Assembly (NCBI GenBank): GCA_000320545.1
Contig: ADNK01001636.1
Coordinates: 52,495 to 116,494 of the forward strand
Source of the DNA: Bigelowiella natans CCMP2755
Lineage: Eukaryota; Protista; Cercozoa
Direction: 5' to 3'
DNA length: 64,000 nucleotides
Shown one piece after another: positions 1 through 14,699 of the stretch (position 1 is the stretch's first letter; every line of letters starts with the position of its first letter). Made by a program: the position numbers and the translations under genes. Below the pieces are notes generated by a model. It saw only the letters and a list, made by a program, of their open reading frames with translations. It was not told the DNA's origin and made no database searches.

Positions 1-506
1 AATATATGAATATAAAGTTGGATAAATTTCACAGGTAATTACCGGTATATAAACTTATGTACGCTTCTCACGTGGCCCGTTCCGCCAACCAGGTGAAATA
101 GGAGGGCGTGCATCATGATGGGGGTATTTCCCGAGCCTGGGATATCCACACGAGCTTTTCTAAAACAAACTGATGATAATAAATCGAAGTAATACTGCAA
201 TTTTCATCTGCGTCAACATAAATATCTTGATTGTGTTCTAAATTGGCCTTTACTATCGAGGCACCGCGCGAGCAATCCACTGCTCCTAGGGTTAGCCTCA
301 GAGATTATCGATAGTCCATCAAACAACGGCCAGTGAGGCTCGAACCCCGTCGCGGGTAAGTCAGAAATGAAATATAGAGTTATTTCCACCAAATACTGAT
401 ACCTTCTAATTGGATTCCATTCTGTGTACACACGCAAATATCCGTTCCGCTACATCGGTTCATCTTATCATATTGCTATCAACCTAAAAATCAACGTGGC
501 AGCAAG

Positions 507-3500
507 ATGGCAAATGCCAGAGCCGCTTTTTCTGCCCCGTTACAACTTCATCCTAAACTAGGTGAGTGGCTGAGGTTCATCTTCCTTCCAACATCTCAGG
601 GAGATGAAAAGAGAGTTGCGAAAATTGCAAATAGGTCATTATGCAGTACCAAAATTCGCCTCTACCTCAGTTAGATTAGTTCCAGCGATCTTTTTCGACC
701 TTCAATGTAATTTTAACCCTACGCTAGCTGTCAATTTAATGAGAATCTTTGATACAGGGATAAGCAAGAGTAGTGTTCAGGGTAAACGAAAGCGCAAGAA
801 GGTTGACCGTCTGCTGCCTCCACCTGGCTACTACAATGTAAAACCCTTGACATCGAAACGAAGGAAGAAGACAGATTCAAGCGGATCAATAAGTGGAAAG
901 AGTAATAAACGGAAACTTGGAAGGTCTCCAAAACCCTCGACGAAGCAGCAGCGAGGCAGCGAGAATACCAAAAATAAAGATGCGAAGAATAAGAAAAGAG
1001 GCGATTCTAAGACTAGTCTAAAAAAAAGGGATCTCTGGACCTGCCCATACAAATGTGGACATTCTTTTCCATTCAGATCCATGAGCAAAATTAATGATCA
1101 TCTGCAAAATTGCCTGAAGGGACCGAGTTCTGCACTGGAGGGAGCCCTTCCTTCTCTGCCCTCTTCTCCTTCTTCAATAGCATATGAGGATGCTGAGAGG
1201 AGTGAAAATGTCGAAAAGCGAGAAATAGTAGAAAAGGATTTTTGCGACAAAAAGAAGAAGGAGGACGTGGTAGAAGCTTTCAAGAGGAAGAATTATCCCT
1301 ACACTGAGCCGCAACAGGGCTTGAGGATTCTCGTTGCGTTTGACGAGGGAATATTTGCAGGAATAATTTTTGGGGTGAGTGAAAAAATAAAGGAAGGAGC
1401 TAACGGGGGTGAAGTAAATGTCAGCGAAGAGAAACAAAATCCCAAATCCTACGATCTCTGGGTTCTCTACGACGATGGATTCGATGAGGTCGTAAGCTAC
1501 CCTGACGAAAATGGGGAAGTGGCTGTGCTCCCACCAGAGGGCCTAAACCTGCGTCCGTCCATCTCTAAGTATCGAATTAAACAGAAAGTTTATGCTTACT
1601 TCCCTCCTGACCCAAAGATTGGAACGAAGAAGGTTCCGCCTCCAGGCTCGAAGGGGACACATTTGTTTTGGGAGAAGGCTGAGGTGCTTTCTGTTGAGGA
1701 CGATTCTACTGTTCCGGGAGGGTATAGATGTGTTGTACGCCTTATTAAAAGGCTAGATCAGCAAAAGTTTATCAACCCCAACTGGATGCGACCCATGAGC
1801 CTCAAGTCATCGGAGCAAAACGAGCAAGAGAGAAAAAAAAATGACGATAAAATGCGCGAGAAGCTTCTCAAGTTGAGGAACCAGCTAAAATCTGGTAAGA
1901 TTTCTGCGTATTCTGTTTTCGTCGAGGATTTCAAGCAAAGGACCAAAACCGACCCGACTCCGACTTCCGACATCGAACCCACCCCGCTAGAAGCAGAATT
2001 TATGGCTCTCTCCCAAGGCCAAAAATCAATTTTCAGAGGCCTTTGCCAAAAGAAAAAAATGGAATTAAAGGCCGCAAAAGAAGCAGAGAAAGTTGCTCAA
2101 AAAGCTGAGAAGGAGGCTAGGAGAAAGGCTAATAGAGAGGCTAGAAGAATAGCGAAGAAGGCTGCCTCGCTAGCAAGAGGAAAAGCTCGTAAGGAAGGAG
2201 CAACCGTGAAGAACGGTGCAGGTGACAACAGTAGAATGGCTATTTGGAATAGCCCATTCCAGCCCATGTTGATGCACAGCAACTACTACACTTACTACAA
2301 TGGCGCCAATCTACCACTAGCAGGTTTGCGGGGCAATATAGCAACAGCAACAACACCAACAACAAATATTAAGGTGAAGATTAAGCATTTCAGTTCCCCA
2401 GCCTTCTCTACCGCTGCGTTTCCGGTCAAAGCATCATCATATGAAAAGCGGCCCAGTGTCAGTAAAACGACACCAAATCTCGGCATCAAGTCCCCATCTT
2501 TCCCCCCTCCGCTTCCAGTGGCTAATGAGAACATGGTGATAAATAGACATCTTTGATAATATTATTAATGTTAACGATAAATCCTTACTAAATACTCCTC
2601 TCTCCTCCTCAGCAGATAGTAACCCGCCGCATAGAACCTTCCCCTCAGCAACTGCAAGGAGGCCGGCCGCAGCACGACATCGCTCCCCCCATCAGAAGCA
2701 CCACGACATCACAATTATCACCTGACGTCAGAACGGGGCATTCCGAGCCTAAACCTACCACCATATCTGCAACTGCAGCCTTTCCTTCCCCTTCCAAGAA
2801 GCATCATCATCAACATCCTTCCTCTCCTCTCACTCCCTACTCTTCTCCTACGGGGGGGTACAGCAGCAGTCCTTCCGTCGCCACATCGGCGTCAATGAAG
2901 AAGAGGAAGCGAAAGCCGAAGGAAATCAATTTCACAAGGGAATGCTCGTCGGAATTGGCCTCAGCAGCAACGACGCCTCGTAGTAGTCCTGCAGCAGGTA
3001 GTAGTATTAGTAGTAGTAACAGGCCTTCTTCAAGGAGAAAGCAAACGGCCAAGCTGTCTACAGGAAGGGATTTCTGTCCTCTCTGCTTTGAGAAGTTCTC
3101 CTCCGTGAAAGCGGTGATGAAGGGGGGGGGGGGGGGAGGCATAGGAGATGGAGCTGTATGTTGGGCAAAATCAAAATTCTCTTCTGTAATGTGGTGTGAA
3201 CAATGCATTAAAAGGTTGCGGGGTTATAGGGGTTTAGACGCATTTCATCTGGTTCTTTTTTACTCACATGTCGCTGTCACTCTATACAGGCCAAAAGGCA
3301 TCTCCTTGAGGTACACTCCCTCTCGGAGTACAAGAAGGGGGAGGAGGAAAAGGAACGAAATGTCAACGGAGGTTGTTGTAAACGCATGAGCGACATGATT
3401 GGGAATGGGTTTTTCACTTAAGCTTGAGAAAGGAGAGCACATGCATTTTATTGCAAAGATCGGCTCCCCCTCCCCTTCCTTCTCCTTTTCTTCTTCTTCT

Positions 3501-3589
3501 TCTTCTTCTTCTTCTTCTTCTTCTTCTTCTTCTCAACTGTCTTTGTGTTTTTTTGTCTTACACGCACTCGGTTCAGTCTATGTATCGTT

Positions 3590-3630
<41 letters not shown>

Positions 3631-4649
3631 CCCTCGCATTATCAAAGGTTGGAAGACAGAACACGAGGTATGGCACCATTATGGAGACACTTATGTCGCC
3701 GAGTCCAAGGTAAGAAAAGCTGTAAGAGCGATGCATGCTTGCGTGAGTGGGCCTCATGGATGATGAGCACTTTGGAACTTGTGAAATAAATCCCCTGGTG
3801 ATGATTCCAAATAGCCACCATCCACCCCAAATCATTGAGGAATTTTGGTTTCGCGCCGATGATGAATCCGAAGAAGTCCGCGCGATCATTAACGTTTCGG
3901 GATCATTCGAGTTTCGAGATATTGTCTTTGTTCTTGTCGTGTTTCTACCACTACTGCTACTACTGCTACTACTACTTCTACTACTTCTACTACTACTACT
4001 ACTGCGACTACTGCTACTACTAAATTGATGATAATTAATAGGTCTCAGAGGGGGGGTTGGGACTCTTTGCTGGGAAGGTATTCAACCCACCTACCTATGG
4101 AATGGTCGATGGAAAGGTACCGCTGCTACTAACTATCACGTTACTACTATTATTACTACTATGCTGCTACAACTGCTACTGGGTGATGTGATGATGATAA
4201 TGATGGTGATGCTGACGTTTTTGAGCATTTGAATGAGAAAATGAGAGTTGCGGAGAGAAGTCTTTTCCAGCGCATCCTTCCCTCGCTATGTGACAACAAG
4301 AATCCATCAAAAAGGTGAATCCCCTGCTTATCGAACACGACACCGAGGCGAGAATCATCAGTGACAGCACGCAAGGCAGCAGGAAAGGAAAAAAAGATGC
4401 CAACAAAGAGGAGGGGGAGAAGGAAGAGGAAGAAAACCGCAAGAAAAAGAAGAACGAAGCAAAGACTGAGAAAGGGTTCGTTGAATCTGAATTCATAAAA
4501 ACAGCACCGTCCGTAAACCTATTTCAAGTGATGGTTTTGGGGCAAAAATAGTATATCATTTGTTGGCAACGACGATATATTGAAGAGAATCAGCAGCAAA
4601 TACTCTACCTCTCGTCATATCCCTCCCCTCCTTTCTTTCCCTTTCTTTT

Positions 4650-4690
<41 letters not shown>

Positions 4691-6431
4691 AATATACACC
4701 CTCCTGGAGAAGTAATCCGTGGCCCCCCCTCCCTCCCCGATCGATGATGAGAATTATAACGATGACGGTGGTGTAATTGGTGCTCGGTTTTCATCCGATT
4801 CAGGCTGCTGCAACCCGTGAAAGGCGGGGACATTATTGGTCGTTACTGCGTGGCTGATCAAATGATGGATTGGTGGGAGTTTAAGGCGTTTTATCCTGAT
4901 GCCACGGTTGACTGGGTGGAGGCGACTGGAGGTGCTAGCTACTACTACAACTACTCTAATTACTACTACTAAGTACATCGTTGCAGCTCTCCGCAGTAGT
5001 AAATACTTAGCAGCAGCGGCAGCAAAACAATAGACGCTTGTTTTCTAGACGTGCGTGAAGTAAATGAACTTCTGCGTGTTGTTGTCCCTGTCTCTTGCTG
5101 GTACTACTGTGATAAGGCGTCAAATCGATATACAACTTCCACGGGCCTTATTCAGACCGTGTGATGATGCTCAATCTGGTCTGCTATTGTCTCTCTTTTT
5201 TCCGTTTCTTCTGAACTAGCTCGGGGATGGGGGCGGGGGGTGCTGGGACTGTTCTTAGAAATCATGTTCCTTTTCATTCCAACAAGAGAAGAATTTAAAT
5301 TTTTGTCTTAATGGATTCGCTATTATCTCTGGCCCTTCCTTGTCCATTTGTCTCACATTTCCCACCATCCACTTGACCCCTTACGTTAGGACTGCTGTGA
5401 CTGGTTTGCAATACCCTTTGGGAAAACGCTTAATATCTTCGAAAGAGACGACATTGTCAAGAAATTAGGCGACAATGTTGTTGGTTTTGACTCCAAGAAA
5501 GAGAGTAATTTCGACATGAAATAATTCTGACTCTGATGTCTCTTCGATACGCCTTTTTCTGATTTTTTGCACATTTTCGTGATAACGCGGGGAAGTGGTT
5601 AGCGATGATGATAATGGTGGTTATGATGATGATGATGATGATGATGATGACGATGGTGATAATGATGGCGACAACAACTGTAGGTATGGGCCTCGAGGGC
5701 ATCAAATTTGCAGTATGCTATGAGAACCGCGAGAAGGCGCACCAACCCTTCCAACACATTGGAGCCTACGCGAATGACTTCGCATTTCATGTAATGAAAT
5801 ACACCAGCACACTGAGACTTGTTTGCCATCTTCAACAACATTTTTCTTCTTCTTCATTCTTCTTCTTCCCTTCTTCTTCTTCTTCTTCTTCTTCTTCTTC
5901 TCCTTCTTCTTCTTCGTCTTGCCATGCGAAATAGATAACAGACCCCCTACGGTACTGGGAGTATTCCAAGTCGAAGAACAACGCGATTCCCATCCCCGTC
6001 CTGGGAGCAGACCCGAAGCTTTCCACTGTAAGCAGTCAGTTATCTAAGCCAGTAGGACCAGAGAACATATCAAATATGATGAATGGTGATGATGAATGAT
6101 GATGATGATGATGATAAATTACGGACAAAGACAATACACACACACATGATCATGCCACGGTAGAAATATTGGAGAGTCAGATCTAGCGCTTGATTTCACT
6201 TCGTCATCATCATCATCTAAACATTCTGGTTCATCAGCTATGTATCACTAGATGATAATTCGTTGGCCACATTCATTTGATCACCAGGATTCTCTGATTT
6301 CCGGCCGCATTCTGACGTTCATCGGCTCGGTGCTCATGGCCGCGCGGAAGATCGAACCTGAAGAAGAAATAGGTAGAATAGCAGAGGTAGCATCAGTCTC
6401 AGCAGTAGCAGTAGCAGTAGTAATAGTAGGT

Positions 6432-6470
<39 letters not shown>

Positions 6471-6899
6471 CCATAGTAGTAGCAAGCCTCTTCTTTGTGC
6501 ATATGATTCTCAGTCAGTCATCTGGTGTGAAATCAATCATTTCATTGACCTCTCTCTCCTCCTTTCAAGGGAATCTTGCGACGACGACAAACTCGCCAGC
6601 AGCAACCATCCAATTACTAAATATTATCCCTGATATTATCATTGTTCGTATACTGTATAACCTACTGTCCAGGAATGTGTTACGGTCCTGGAGCTTCAAC
6701 CTCGAAGGAATTTACAGCAAAGTCCACAGAACCCCTCCCTCCCGTTCCGGAGGATGTTCGCGGAAAGAATGGGGTGTGTGCGTACATACACCACGTGTGT
6801 GATGTGTGAGAAAATGTGCGTCCGCACGCGTCCCCGTCTAGTCTACTGGTGGATATGTAGCACACAATGTCCGCAAAATATTCTCTCTTTCTCTCTCTA

Positions 6900-6953
<54 letters not shown>

Positions 6954-7630
6954 ACCTTCTATTGTATTTTCGGTCATTTTCTTCTTCGGATCTCCCTCCC
7001 TCCCTCCCTCCCTGATCAGAAGCCTGCCCAGAACATGAAAGAGGCCTTGGAGCATATCTACAAGTCAGTATCAAATTATGGCTACATGTCGGGGAAGTAT
7101 GAGGAGAATACCCATCCAGCGACCTATTTCGGGTTTGTGAATACACATCACTTTTTCAGCCGTCACTATCTTACCTCCTCCCTCCTCTTCTTGTAGAAGT
7201 AAATAATAATAAAATAATAATAATACCTCCATTTAATTCCTTGTTCTTCACCTCTCTCCTCCCCCCCCCCCTCTCTCTCGGTGGTGTTGCTTGCTTCGCT
7301 ACATTGATAATGCTGCACTGTGGATGTATGCAGGCACACTGCTGGCCCATATAAGTCGTGGGTGGGGGGCATTCGTAAGAAGACGAAAAAAAAGACAAGA
7401 AGGCTCTATCAGGCCTTTGTAAGGGGTTATCTTATGGACGACAAGGAGGTGGGTCACAAGATCACTGGAAAATCGTCATTTATCTCACCATGTTGCAGCA
7501 AAAGACAATGGTGGTTCTCTGCTGTTATCAGCAGCCAATTCTGATTCTTTAGCCCTGCTCCTAATTGAGCCATATTATCGTCGTATTTGTATGCGGTAGA
7601 TCAAGGAGGGGGTATTTCCTACTATGTGTA

Positions 7631-7689
<59 letters not shown>

Positions 7690-8652
7690 CGTGTGTTGTG
7701 GGTGTTGTGCCACAACCAGGTTGGGATTGATCTAGGCAGCTTCAAAGTGCGGCTTCATGCTGAGGAAGTGGTGAAGGAGTTCACGCACCACCCAAAGATA
7801 CGCACCTTGCTCCGGAAAGAGTGCAGCATAACAAAGAGCCAGCAGGCGGAGCTCAAGGCCACGTTGGGCTTGCACGAAGCCAAGAAGAAGAAGAAGAAGA
7901 AGAAGGAGAAGAATGGTGGGGGGGGCATCAACACAATCGCCTGCTCTGTTTGTGGATATCCAGGTAGTATAAGTAGTAAGAGTATTCGTTCTTGTGGTTT
8001 TAGTAGTAGTAGTAGTAGTAGTAGTAGAGACAGGAGAGGTTTGCAGTAGGAAGCAACCTTTTCTTAATTGCCGTTCTTTTTCTTCTTATTCTTCTTCTTC
8101 TCCTTCTTCTTCCTCTTCTTCTCGTGCTGTCCAACCTCTCAGATATCACTACTGAGAAATCATGTCCAGCATGCTACGAGAAAGTAGTAGTCCCAGTGAC
8201 GACGACATCAACGTCAACGACAACGACGGCAGCGGCTACAACTAGGCCCGGAGAGGGCAAATCATCGAAGAATTCTTCTTCTTCTTCCAATCACGCCAAG
8301 GATGGCGATCGTGCCTCTGAGAAGGGTGAAGGCGACGCGAAGGAAGGAGAAGGTGTACCATGGAACACGATTCCTCCAACTTTGAGAGAACACATATTGA
8401 CCACCGTTCTCATACCACTTTTGCCGTGTTTTCTTATGATAATGACGATGACGGTGGTGACGCTGATGAAGATGATGTTTCTTTGCACCGACCCGCGGTC
8501 GTTGGTATAGGTAAAGGTAAGAAGAATAGCGGTCATATTAAGCGAGGGTGGGCTCGAGGCCAAAGGGTGCTGGCTGAGGTTCCATCTCGATTCCCCAACG
8601 TACGTTGCATTGAGTTGAAGACGTCGCACTGAGCAACCAACCAGAAAAGACT

Positions 8653-8686
<34 letters not shown>

Positions 8687-8963
8687 CGATGGAGGAGCAA
8701 GAGAATTCACCGCACAATACGCATATCTCTGAATTCTACGGAATCCGCCATTTATTCCTCTGTTTCCATTATTGCACCTCAGAGACTCGAATGGCGACCG
8801 GCGATTGTGCAAGAACTCCTCCTCGAGCTAGACTCCCCTCCCTCGTCGAAATCAACTCCGCTACTACCGCCACCATCTCCTCAAACATCATCACCATTGA
8901 AGAGAAACTATTCCTCTGGGATCGAGTACCTTGTCGAGTATCATGTAAGAAGAAGAAGAGAAG

Positions 8964-8995
<32 letters not shown>

Positions 8996-9325
8996 GTAGT
9001 AGAAGACGCACGTTACGTCGGTGGCTGTCTGATAACTAAACCCAATTTCTTCAATGACCGCAATGATTGCTTGAATTGATGACGTCGTTGTGCAAGGCGG
9101 CTGGTGAATACTACCACTGTACTTTCATCATCATTTCGCGATGTTCCAGGGATCGGAATAGCTATTGAAAGCGATGATGAAGATGTGATGATGATGATGA
9201 TGTGATGATGATGATGATGATGATGACGTTGAATAGGGTGAAAGCCGGCTACAACGCTTCAAGGTGCAACGCTCTCAGCTATGGCCCGACCCGGTAGAGT
9301 AAACACCGGCTTTACAAAGATAGAA

Positions 9326-9378
<53 letters not shown>

Positions 9379-9932
9379 GAGGGAACCCTCACGACATATA
9401 CGACATATAAGCAGGGGCTTCTCACCACGTAATGCATAGAATATCCCTTTGTATATATGCACCCCTCCTGCGTAGTACATCATTATCATCATCATCATTA
9501 TCATCAGGTTGATACGTGCATGGAGGCGAGTCAGAAGAAGATGAAAAGGTTACGTATCTACCAGCAGGAGCTGCAAAGGCTGAATGGTAGTGATGATTAC
9601 GAATGCAGTAGCATGTTATGATGGAAACGAGAAGCAAGCAGCAGCGGCAGCAGAAGCAGTAGGAGATATAGAAACGTAATAGATTCTTCTTTCTCTAGTC
9701 CGGTCGCAGGAGATTGACCACGCTGCCATAGTATATACATATGTACCACGCCCTTCAGCTTAGTATTGTCTCCCTCTTCTTGCTTTTTCATCTTTGGATG
9801 GCCTGATTCGTATCTGGGCATTATTCATACGTGCAAACCACTACTCTCCTATCACAGCCCCTAAGCTTCAAAAGGGCTCAGTCGTAGAGCTCCTCGGTAC
9901 GAACGACCAGACCCAACACACACACACACACG

Positions 9933-9980
<48 letters not shown>

Positions 9981-11326
9981 CATTCGTCCACACTCATTTC
10001 TTCCCCCCCTTTTGTTCTTCTTATTCTTTTTCTTGCTCTCTTAACTGTCTTATTACGCCATCGACGGTTGTCATCATCCTGTGCAGGCGAGAAGGCCACT
10101 TTGTACTTTGTTATCGAGCAACTTTACGACGAGGTAGTTCTGCGGTAGAAGAGCGCTTCTGTTTGCGTGTGTGGGATTTGTTGGAGTTGTTGCTGGTGTG
10201 CTATTCTCCCTCCACCATGACTCCCCCCTCCTCTCTTTCTCTCTCTTTCTCTCTCTCTCACACACACATACACGTACCGACACTCGTTCACTCAAAGTCA
10301 TGTCTCTGTGTCCCTTCCCCTTCAGCACGCTGAAATCCTTCCTCTGGTGGCCGAGAGGGACAGCAGCATCGTCCAACCTTCAGCCTCCTCTGCTTCTTGC
10401 TCTTCTTCTTCTTCTGCTCCTCCTCCTTCTTCTCGTCGTCCTGCTGCTGGAAGTGGTCGGCATCAACAGGTATGGAGGCCATGCCACTTATCCCGGAGGC
10501 GCATGGTCGCCAGGAAACGGCTGCTGGGCGTGCATGTGAAACGACACGGCAGTCAGAAGGGCTGGGTGCTTTCGAGCCCGCCCAAGTCCAAGAAGTCTCT
10601 CTTATCCTCATACGGCCGAGGGGCGGCGTCGTCGTCGTCTGCATCGTCCTCATCTTCGGCGCAAGCACACGTCAAGGCTGCCATGCCAGAAGCTGGGGAG
10701 AGGAAGAAGAAGATCTCTGGTGTCTCCAGGCTGCTAGCTGGCAAGAAGGTGCAGAAGAAGATAAAGAACACGGGGCTTAGTAAGGGAGGCTCTTTCATGG
10801 AAGTGCTCCCGGAGGGATATGTCTTTGACAGCAGAAATCAGTATACGTCTGTGAGACAGCGCAAGGTACGGCAGGAGGGGGTTACAAAAATGGCTGCTAG
10901 AAGTGATCTGCACTCTTCTTCTTCTTCTTCTTCTTCTTCTTCCTCCTCCTCCTACTACTGTTATTCTGTGCGATTTGTTGCTGTTCTCTCTTCTCCTCCT
11001 CCTTTTAGCATCGTCATCATCATCGTCATCATCATCGTCATCATCATCATCATCATCGTCCTCCTCCTGCTTTTACTTTTACTATATTCTCCTCAGAGGC
11101 TGGTCGGTATAGAGCTGATGCTTAAATTTCAGCACGGGTATTTTTGTAGTAACAGTAGTAATAGCAGCAGCAGTAGTATTGGTAGTGGATGTAGTAGTTG
11201 TAGCAGTTGTAGTACTATTGGTGTTAAGCTGTTAGTTGTACGCGTCTGATGCAGTTATTTCCTCTTTGTTCAATTTGCTGACATCTGCAGCTGGGCACGA
11301 GGACACGTTTTGAAGTCAAAAAATGA
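507..11326 (+). CDS. Multi-exon chromatin protein: C2HC-type zinc finger, two Tudor/Agenet-like modules, HMG-like stretch, divergent SET domain, zinc ribbon
   Basis: ATG at 507 (MANARAAFSAP), intron 562-758, then the long exon of ORF 604..2556 (CPYKC...HLQNC; LWVLYDDG; FWEKAEVLSV; KISAYSVFV). SET motifs stitched from exons: VSEGGLGLFAGK (~4043), DIIGRYC (~4830), HIGAYANDF (~5755), AARKIEPEEEI|GMCYG (~6340/6673). Later CSVC...CPAC; last exon LGTRTRFEVKK* stops at 11324-11326. Could be two genes. Confidence 0.65.
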
Positions 11327-12743
11327 GAACAGAGAGAGGAACAGGTCGGATGGGCATTTCTGCACATGATGATGTCGACGACAACAACAACAACCACAAC
11401 AACAACGAGTTTCCTCCAACTGAACGCTAAGCCAAACTTTTATTTCTTTTTGTTCACAATCAGCCCTTTCTTAATCACGTTTGACGACGAGCAGACACAG
11501 GAGGTGATTGATTCTATTTCATTGCTCGTCGCGTGGACAAATGCTGACTATGTTTCCTCTCGTTCCTACTCAGTCGCCATTGGATCATAAAATGTATAGT
11601 GGAGTTTTAGATTGGAAGAATGACGCCAGGATAGGTGAGGACGTTTTTAGAATTAGAATTACTTATTATCAGCATATGTGCGGCTCTTCTTTGGATGCAA
11701 AATCCTAACTTCTCTGCGAACTTAGGTTCCTGGTGCGTAATCCGAGACCCGTTAGAGATCATACGTCCAAAAAAGATAGAAAAAAATATAGGCGATACTG
11801 ATGGGAATCTGTGACCGTGATTCGAGTGTATGATGCGAATTTTCTGGCTTCATTCATGATGTTTGTAAGCATTATTAATCTTTAGAGATGATAGCAAGGC
11901 ATATCTTCAAGAAATTTTCAATTAGGCCGTATGTCATTGTAAATCTTCCAGTTCTTATAACTGCAAAACGTTGCAACTTCTAGATGCTAGATAGCGCGAT
12001 GTAGTGCAATATAAGCTTTGCTGGCAACAAGATGAGCGGGAGCATACTTGCATCTTTTAGATCTTTGAGTAATAGCTACATAGAGTATTATTACATGCTA
12101 TATATAATGCAACCATTTAAACGTTGTAATTCATACAGTGTCTTAGCTTTGTACACGTTGTAATTCATAAAGTATTTGTATGGGCTAGCTTCCGACTGCG
12201 CCCGCTATGTATGTGGTAAAATCATGTCCTTATATTTTGAAAATACAGGAGATATGTAGTATCTTACTAGCTTAGCTTTGCACCACCTGTGCCATTTTGT
12301 CCTGTGTCGCCGCTGATTGCTGTCAAATGACGTACAAGATCGACAAAATTGACAAGCTCGCAGTGTGCGGCGCAAATTGTAATACAGAGCGTAACATACG
12401 ATCCATAGCTGCTGTAGGAGCACACGTTGCATGGCGAGGAGAATACAATGTTCAACAATGTCATGTGACAGATCAAGACGCCGGAAAAAGCGTTTTCCGT
12501 GAGTAATGCCAGTGTTAAGTACTGATTCGAAGCCTAGAATAGCTTGCATTACAACAGAGACTTCATGTCGTTCTACTTCGAAACAACGAAAGAGTGGCAG
12601 AATGAACATTGGACGCGTCACTATGTAATCGATGTCTAGACGTGAAGAGACTGTGAAGTACATACGCATTAGCAGAAGTTCTAACGCGAATTCTACTCAA
12701 TGATGAATCGTACATAGCGGCACCAAATCCCCCAAATTTCGTT

Positions 12744-13217
12744 CTAAAGCTCTGTTTTCACATGAGAATGTGGGTTCGAGATTCCATGGAATGCAGGGAC
12801 TCCCAGTTCTTGCAGCTTGGTAAATGCCGATGAAAAATCCTAAAAAAATGACAGCTCGTCATCAACCTAGAGGTCACAATCTTCTTGTATTTATTATCGG
12901 GAAATACCTGGAAAAATCGCGTTTCATCTGCAGCATATAAATCCACCCATACGCGCATCTTGGAATCTTCGAGCATGGCCACATCGGTTGGTAGCATAAT
13001 AGGCGTTCCCGATTTGATTGGAGAACCTTTTGCTACATACACTGCATTTCCCTTGGCCCCTCCAAGTTCAGATGCATCCGTCTTCACCCACTCCTTTCCG
13101 ACCAGATCCTTAAAATACTAATATACGCAGGTAGCGAATGACATGTTAATTATTACTCGAACAAGCTCTGGCAATTCCTAATACATCCTTGAGCATACGC
13201 TGTATTCCTCCTCCTCC

Positions 13218-13248
<31 letters not shown>

Positions 13249-14226
13249 CTTCTTCTTCTTCTTCTTCTTCTTCTTCTCGATTTACTTGTGAGGGAGGATA
13301 GATAATAACGACCTGGTTGTCAAAGTGTTGCGGTTGATCGGTCCATGGTCCCTCGTGTCCGCTCCTATCAGCATGCATAGCTCCGATAGTGTGCGCTCCG
13401 CTCAGTGCGACAATCTGTTCAAGATGTCGATAGATATGAGAATTTTTATCACTCACAGTGATCGCATATCTCTTCGTCTTCATATCATTACGCAGTCTTC
13501 TTACTTCTTGATCCGTAAGTGCCATGCGATGGAAGACGTCTCGGAGATGCGGACATCCAAGCTGGGCATCCGGCAATCGACCCCTTTACAACGCAAATTC
13601 AAAGTTGGTTAACGTTCCAAATCGATCAATGAGTATGCTTGTATCGTGAAAATCCATGTTTTCCTTAAATTTGTGTAGGGGGGTGGTGCGATAACTAGCG
13701 TGATTTTTCGTACTCCTCAACACTATCCTTAGCAGAAGTCGCATCGGTTCGCCCTGGTCTCCATGAGATTTTTGGTCCCCCCATTTCCTCTACAGCAACA
13801 ATCGCAGCGAGGCTCCAGAGGTCTGCGTAAGTAACACTCGAGTACTTCTTTTTTAAGGGCTCCAACAAGGAACGTGCGATGTCGAGTCCGTTGTTAGCAC
13901 CATGCGTAGATTCGCCTGCAGAAAACCTCATCGCACCCCGAGGACCTCCGGTACCGCTTTTAGAATCGAAGGTGCCTGCAATGAAATCCGATGCAATGAT
14001 GCTAGAATACAAGGTTCTGAAATTCCACTCGAAGTTTAGGCAGGTATGAATCTTGCTGACCTGCATCGTGCCAACTGAGGCGAACGAGAATCGGGCCGCA
14101 AGTTTTCTCGCGTATGAGTTCTCGGATATCTTCAGAAAGGGCCGTGTAGTCGGATTGGGCTGCGCTTGTCCAGGCTGTGCAGAGGACGAGGACGAGGGCG
14201 ATTGAGGAAAGAAGTGCGGAAGTCAT
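12744..14226 (-). CDS. APX: Class I heme peroxidase (ascorbate peroxidase-like), 6 exons, signal peptide and C-terminal KTEL
   Basis: Distal RLSWHDAG, proximal GAHTIG, GPWT...FDN and MLPTD motifs across exons; last exon [31 protein letters not shown]; hydrophobic N-terminus [23 protein letters not shown]. Confidence 0.93.
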
Positions 14227-14699
14227 TTTGCGATGCTGTATCGTATTTTCGGAAATGGGGAGACGTCAGCAAAATGGAATTGTCTCACCCGTTAAATCCA
14301 AGGAATAATGAGACCTTTTTGATTCACAGGGATTTTTTGTAAAACTAGGGTTTAGAGGTAAACATGCACGAACAAACAATCTTTTTTTCAGATCTTTTCC
14401 AATGGCATTTTGTCTGGAGCATGAGGAGTCGCAAGTACCCCTACCAGATAGACACGTGAACCAAACACAGAAAAATTGCCACTCGCGACAAGGCCAATTG
14501 CGATACTTTCCCAAGAAAATCTCGACTCATTACCGGTAAGTGTTCATACAGCGGCGACAACCCACCACTGTGCCACGTGTACTCTTCGAACATAGTTGAC
14601 AGTGAATTTGATCTTACGACTTGCCGCTACCTAAGACGAACTGTCTAAATTCCCTGCGATGGCCTTTTACTTTCTCACGATCGAACATTTCACTTTACA

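Noticed and set aside
1-480. 5' exons of a minus-strand gene leaving the window, plus CACGTG boxes near divergent promoters
   Set aside because: Splice-like signals exist but no frame or domain can be supported; the hexamers are too few to be significant.
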